A stretch of 10,708 bases of DNA from a bacterium (GTDB lineage Bacteria; SZUA-182; DTGQ01; JAFGSM01): the NCBI GenBank assembly GCA_049472355.1, contig JBLIRP010000109.1:1-10708 (forward strand), written 5' to 3'. Position numbers and translations under genes: made by a program. Below are positions 7,592 through 10,708 of the stretch, one piece after another. The number at the start of each line of letters is the position of its first letter. Within the stretch, counting starts at the first letter, position 1. Below the pieces are notes generated by a model. It was not told the origin of the DNA and searched no databases. It saw only the letters and a list, made by a program, of their open reading frames with translations.

Positions 7592-7620
7592 TTGAGCTTT
7601 ATTTTACAGAATGTTATAAA
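7592..7620 (+). promoter_or_regulatory. Divergent sigma70-like promoter with extended -10
   Basis: TTGAGC (7592-7597), 17 nt, TATAAA (7615-7620), with TG at 7612-7613. Confidence 0.45.
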
Positions 7621-7864
7621 CGTCTTCTGATGCCGGTTGAGAATGCGGGCAATGCCCGTATCACCGTCATACCATTCTCCACGTATCCCTTCGGATCGTC
7701 AAGCAGGCTATCTTACTGCTGCGTTGGATACATCTGCGGAGGGGAATATGCCCTTTCCGTGCCCGTCGATGGGTATCCTCATTGCAAATGATCGCTATAG
7801 CATCTTAAAACCCGGTGCGTCAAAAGGGCGTCGCCGAAAGCCTCTTTGATTCCTGAGGATTGTA

Positions 7865-7893
7865 TTGACACAGGGGTTGGAACATGCTAAAAA
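7865..7893 (+). promoter_or_regulatory. Promoter of tRNA-Leu
   Basis: TTGACA (7865-7870), 17 nt, TAAAAA with an extended TG, about 30 nt upstream of the tRNA. Confidence 0.6.
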
Positions 7894-7924
7894 TCATCTG
7901 TTGATCACGGCAATCGGGAAACAT

Positions 7925-8009
7925 GCCGGGGTGGCGGAATTGGGAGACGCAAGGGACTTAAAATCCCTCGGTACTTTGTACCGTGCCGGTTCGATCCCGG
8001 CCCTCGGCA
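7925..8009 (+). tRNA. tRNA-Leu, anticodon TAA; 3' CCA not encoded
   Basis: Acceptor stem GCCGGGG/CCTCGGC with discriminator A8009. Anticodon stem AGGGA/TCCCT with loop CT-TAA-AA (anticodon 7959-7961). Long variable arm CGGTAC-TTT-GTACCG, T-arm GCCGG-TTCGATC-CCGGC. Followed by CTCC rather than CCA. Confidence 0.97.
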
Positions 8010-8082
8010 CTCCTAAAACAATAAATCAGACAATACCGCCAATTCTTATTTTAGCCACTATTTTCAAAGAGGAGTCAAGCCC

Positions 8083-8319
8083 ATGAAGACGTTTAAGAGA
8101 ATAACCTTCAATCCTCATATACTGGGCGGTCAGGCATGTATTAGGGGCATGAGGATACCTGTCTCTTTGGTTGTCAACCTTGTTGCCAATGGAATGAAAA
8201 CAGAAAACATAATCAAGGAATATCCAGATCTCGAACCTGAGGATATAAAGGAATCCTTACAATATGCTTCATGGCTGACCAGGGAAGAGATACATCCCGC
8301 CATTGGAGCGAAAAAGTGA
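8083..8319 (+). CDS. DUF433-family antitoxin (type II TA)
   Basis: RITFNPHILGGQACIRGMRIPV...IIKEYPDLEPEDIKESLQYA is characteristic of DUF433; GAGGAG RBS upstream; 78 aa. Confidence 0.92.
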   Translation: MKTFKRITFNPHILGGQACIRGMRIPVSLVVNLVANGMKTENIIKEYPDLEPEDIKESLQYASWLTREEIHPAIGAKK

Positions 8320-8510
8320 AATTTCTTGCTGATATGGGCATCGCCCAGTATACCATTAATTGGCTCAAAGCTAATGGTTATGATTCAGTTCACCTGAGGC
8401 AAAGGGGATTACAAAGCATTTCGGACACAGAGATTGTTAAGATTGCAAAACAAGAGGAGAGAATTATCCTTACCTGTGATCTGGATTTTGGTGATTTAAT
8501 GAATGTATAG
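8316..8510 (+). pseudogene. DUF5615/VapC45-like PIN-domain toxin, C-terminally truncated (64 aa)
   Basis: GTG start overlaps the antitoxin stop (GTGA). MKFLADMGI...SDTEI...EERIILTCDLDFGDLM matches the PIN-like DUF5615 pattern, then the frame stops two codons later, at about half the usual family length. Confidence 0.8.
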
Positions 8511-9058
8511 GGATGTGGCAGATACATTTCGGCTTGCCAGAATTCCCCTGAACTGAGTTTTCCCTTCAACGTTATTGGCAACAATCCCTCCTCCAGAGTC
8601 GGCACCTCGTTGACGGGATGGGCGTGAATGCCAATTGAAGGATTGGGCCGGACACGACGGGCGTCCGTCTTTACCTTGGTGCCCTTAAAACGGCTTTGCG
8701 GTCCGGTAAGGATGTCTATCTTGACGCTTCCTGCCTGATCGCCTCGGGGCCCGGGTTTTACAAACTGATATTTCTCCGCACCAGGAATAACATGATAGCC
8801 AAGCCTATCAATGGCATCGGCGAGTGGTTTTAATTTTGCTGATTGAATGAGCAGTTCCGGCCGCAGATATAAATCAAGGTCATTGGTGGAACGCGGTTCA
8901 GGCCATTCACGAAGAAGTGTCTGCACACCCAGTCGGCGAACATGGTCGGTCTTGAGATAGATGCCGAAACCGCCGCCGATGATGAGTTTGATATCCGTGC
9001 CTCGGACTTCATGGAGCAGGTCGAGCAGGGCCGTTTGAAGGTCGGGTATCGTGATCAT
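8390..9058 (-). pseudogene. AbiEii-like nucleotidyltransferase (type IV TA toxin), probably truncated near 8500 with a spurious tail
   Basis: N-terminal NTase motif LIIGGGFG...RSTNDLDL and KIDIL; ATGA-coupled to the upstream gene. After LPHPYTF the frame reads along the antisense strand of the PIN gene. Confidence 0.7.
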
Positions 9059-10146
9059 TGCTGCTCTGGCCGAAGATCCTTCAAGAGGTGCGATTTCACC
9101 TGTTCGGCGGTCTCCTGGTCACGCTTGTCGCCGGCCATCAGCTCCAGGTACACCTGCACAGGGGATGCCCACCAGAAGCCTCCATCCCGCCTGGCATCGA
9201 AGTAGACTGTTTCATCTTCTGTCTCAATGATCTCAAGATTCGGAAAGTGATCCGACTGACTTCCGGACATCCGCTCCATCAGCATCTCCAGACGGGGACT
9301 GTAAACAGAGAAAAGATCCCCCCGCTGCATCACTGCAAATTGCGTAACCGATGACGTCCCTGTAGCGACAAGGGGCAGGCCCAACTCTTGCGATTGCTTC
9401 AGCAGCAATTCTTTTATTGTTCCGCGTTCTTCCGCTACCTTGAGACGGACTTTCTCCTTGATTTTCGGTGGGACATAGTTCTCACTCAGTTTTTCCAGAA
9501 GCTTGTCGGGTTGTAAAAGACGAATTGTATCGTCGCGCTCGACGATCAAATCTTCCTCTAATGCCTTCAACGACTTGGAAACGGTGGAAAGGCTCATCGG
9601 TTTTTTATCCCAATGGTTCACCAGTATGTTTCGCCGGTTGATCTCCGAGCAGATATTTTGAACGGTGTCGTAGCCAGAATTCACGAGAAAGACCCTGCCG
9701 ACCATTGAACTGTTTTTCCTGTAGATATTCTTTATCGGGGCAGAGGAGGAAAAGCGGTTCTTGCCTGCGCTTCGAAATACGGCAAACATGCCTGGCACCA
9801 CCACCACACCATTTCCGCAAAGGTCGATACCACTGATCATATCCCGTTCGAGTTCCTGTAATTGCGATTCACTGAGGAAGGGCATAATGAGCATGGGCAA
9901 GTAATTCTTCGGAAGGTTCGATGATTTCAGAAGGCTAAGCCCATCCTGGAATGCCTTGGGAGTCGAAATGGATTTGCATTCGACAGCGAACCTTACTGTG
10001 CTGTCGCGCCATGACACCTCAACAAATACATCGAGTCGATGGTTTCTGTCGGCCTCCGGATGTGCTTCCAAAAAGCGAATATACAGCGGAGGCAATAAAA
10101 CCTTGCCTCTCCGCAACTGCTCAATTATTTCCTTTTCAGTTGGCAT
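9055..10146 (-). CDS. AbiEi-like type IV TA antitoxin / transcriptional regulator with an N-terminal restriction-endonuclease-like fold
   Basis: LDVFV...FAVECK (PD-(D/E)xK-like), PFLS...IDLCGNG, an HTH-like SLSTVSKSLKALEE, and C-terminal ASPVQVYLEL...RDQETAEQ, as in AbiEi_2/DUF2186-type proteins. Start is ATG 10146 (10164 possible); it lies directly upstream of an NTase. Confidence 0.72.
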   Translation of the reverse strand: MPTEKEIIEQLRRGKVLLPPLYIRFLEAHPEADRNHRLDVFVEVSWRDSTVRFAVECKSISTPKAFQDGLSLLKSSNLPKNYLPMLIMPFLSESQLQELERDMISGIDLCGNGVVVVPGMFAVFRSAGKNRFSSSAPIKNIYRKNSSMVGRVFLVNSGYDTVQNICSEINRRNILVNHWDKKPMSLSTVSKSLKALEEDLIVERDDTIRLLQPDKLLEKLSENYVPPKIKEKVRLKVAEERGTIKELLLKQSQELGLPLVATGTSSVTQFAVMQRGDLFSVYSPRLEMLMERMSGSQSDHFPNLEIIETEDETVYFDARRDGGFWWASPVQVYLELMAGDKRDQETAEQVKSHLLKDLRPEQQ

Positions 10147-10163
10147 TTTCTTAATTTTTTTCA

Positions 10164-10206
10164 TTTTCCTGAACAAGAAAATAGCATCTTTTAGGAAAAG
10201 CTGCAA
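10164..10206 (-). promoter_or_regulatory. Promoter of the AbiE-like operon with an overlapping inverted repeat (candidate autorepression operator)
   Basis: Minus-strand TTGCAG (10201-10206), 17 nt, TATTTT (10178-10183) with an extended TG. Inverted repeat TTTTCCTGAA (10164-10173) / TTTAGGAAAA (10190-10199), 9/10 match. Confidence 0.5.
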
Positions 10207-10493
10207 GTTCTATTGTATGATTTACCTGTTCCTAGTCAAAACTCCATCCGACTCCAAAATGAACTTTATCAAGGGGGTTTTTAGGAATTTATAGACTTCT
10301 GATTTACGAATTGATTTCAACCTTCCGGTCAAGCTGTTTTTTTGCGCCATCTTTACTTCAATGGTTAATAATATCAGCCGTTTTGGCGTATCAGTTAAGT
10401 CCGTCCCACCAGTTTGTCATGAGCTCCTACTAAGATCCTCATCTTGCTTTAAGATTAATATGGTATAAAATCGTGCATGGATCATATTTTGCA

Positions 10494-10527
10494 GCCGCAC
10501 ACCGGGGGCATCTGAAAGGTGTGCGGC
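10494..10527. repeat. GC-rich inverted repeat, REP-like
   Basis: Perfect 10-bp arms GCCGCACACC / GGTGTGCGGC around a 14-nt loop. Confidence 0.5.
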
Positions 10528-10708
10528 GTGATGATTGTACCTAATGCATCCGTGACAAAGGTCGTTTCAAGGCCCAACCCATGCACCCGTGAACCTACCC
10601 ATCGTCCCTGTGAATGTTCCATCTCATCGGGCTTCGATCCTTATGGGGCCAGTTGGTCCTCCTCGGATGCGGACAGGAAGCATCCACCTGCGGAGACCCT
10701 GCTGGCAT

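Noticed and set aside
6708..7924. CRISPR array or known riboswitch in the long intergenic region
   Set aside because: No regularly spaced direct repeats, and no cobalamin, SAM, TPP or c-di-GMP consensus that I could recognise by eye. An Rfam scan would be needed to exclude these fully.
7865..8086. ORF 7865-8086
   Set aside because: It spans the tRNA-Leu gene and its promoter.
10633..10640. TTCGATCC matching the tRNA T-loop, as a possible attR
   Set aside because: Only 8 nt, with no match to the acceptor-stem 3' strand; consistent with chance.
10641..10706. Possible 3' end of a minus-strand gene (...ASRVSAGGCFLSASEEDQLAP*) with a GGCF-type C-terminal motif
   Set aside because: Only 21 codons are visible and the other two minus frames are also open here, so it cannot be assigned without flanking sequence.

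Overview
Bacterial chromosomal window, probably from an anaerobe such as a deltaproteobacterium/Desulfobacterota (inferred from gene content). It has three parts. (1) A GC-rich core block, 1-6707: the 3' end of a ribonucleotide reductase (probably class II), an AttEFGH-like module (LolD/MacB-type ABC ATPase, large FtsX-type permease, AttH/lipocalin-like protein), and, convergently, a Mrp/NBP35 Fe-S carrier ATPase fused to a NifB/NifX-like domain plus a SAM methyltransferase. (2) A structured 1.2-kb stretch, 6708-7924. It holds a 56-aa 2[4Fe-4S] ferredoxin missed by the ORF track, a Cys-containing upstream ORF with a perfect Shine-Dalgarno, Fur/PerR-like boxes, divergent sigma70-like promoters and two candidate structured RNAs. 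(3) tRNA-Leu(TAA) followed by a lower-GC accessory block. In it a DUF433/DUF5615 (PIN) type II toxin-antitoxin pair and an AbiEi/AbiEii-like type IV pair converge. Both toxins appear truncated at the same junction (~8500), while both antitoxins look intact. All family calls are by motif recognition; no searches were run.
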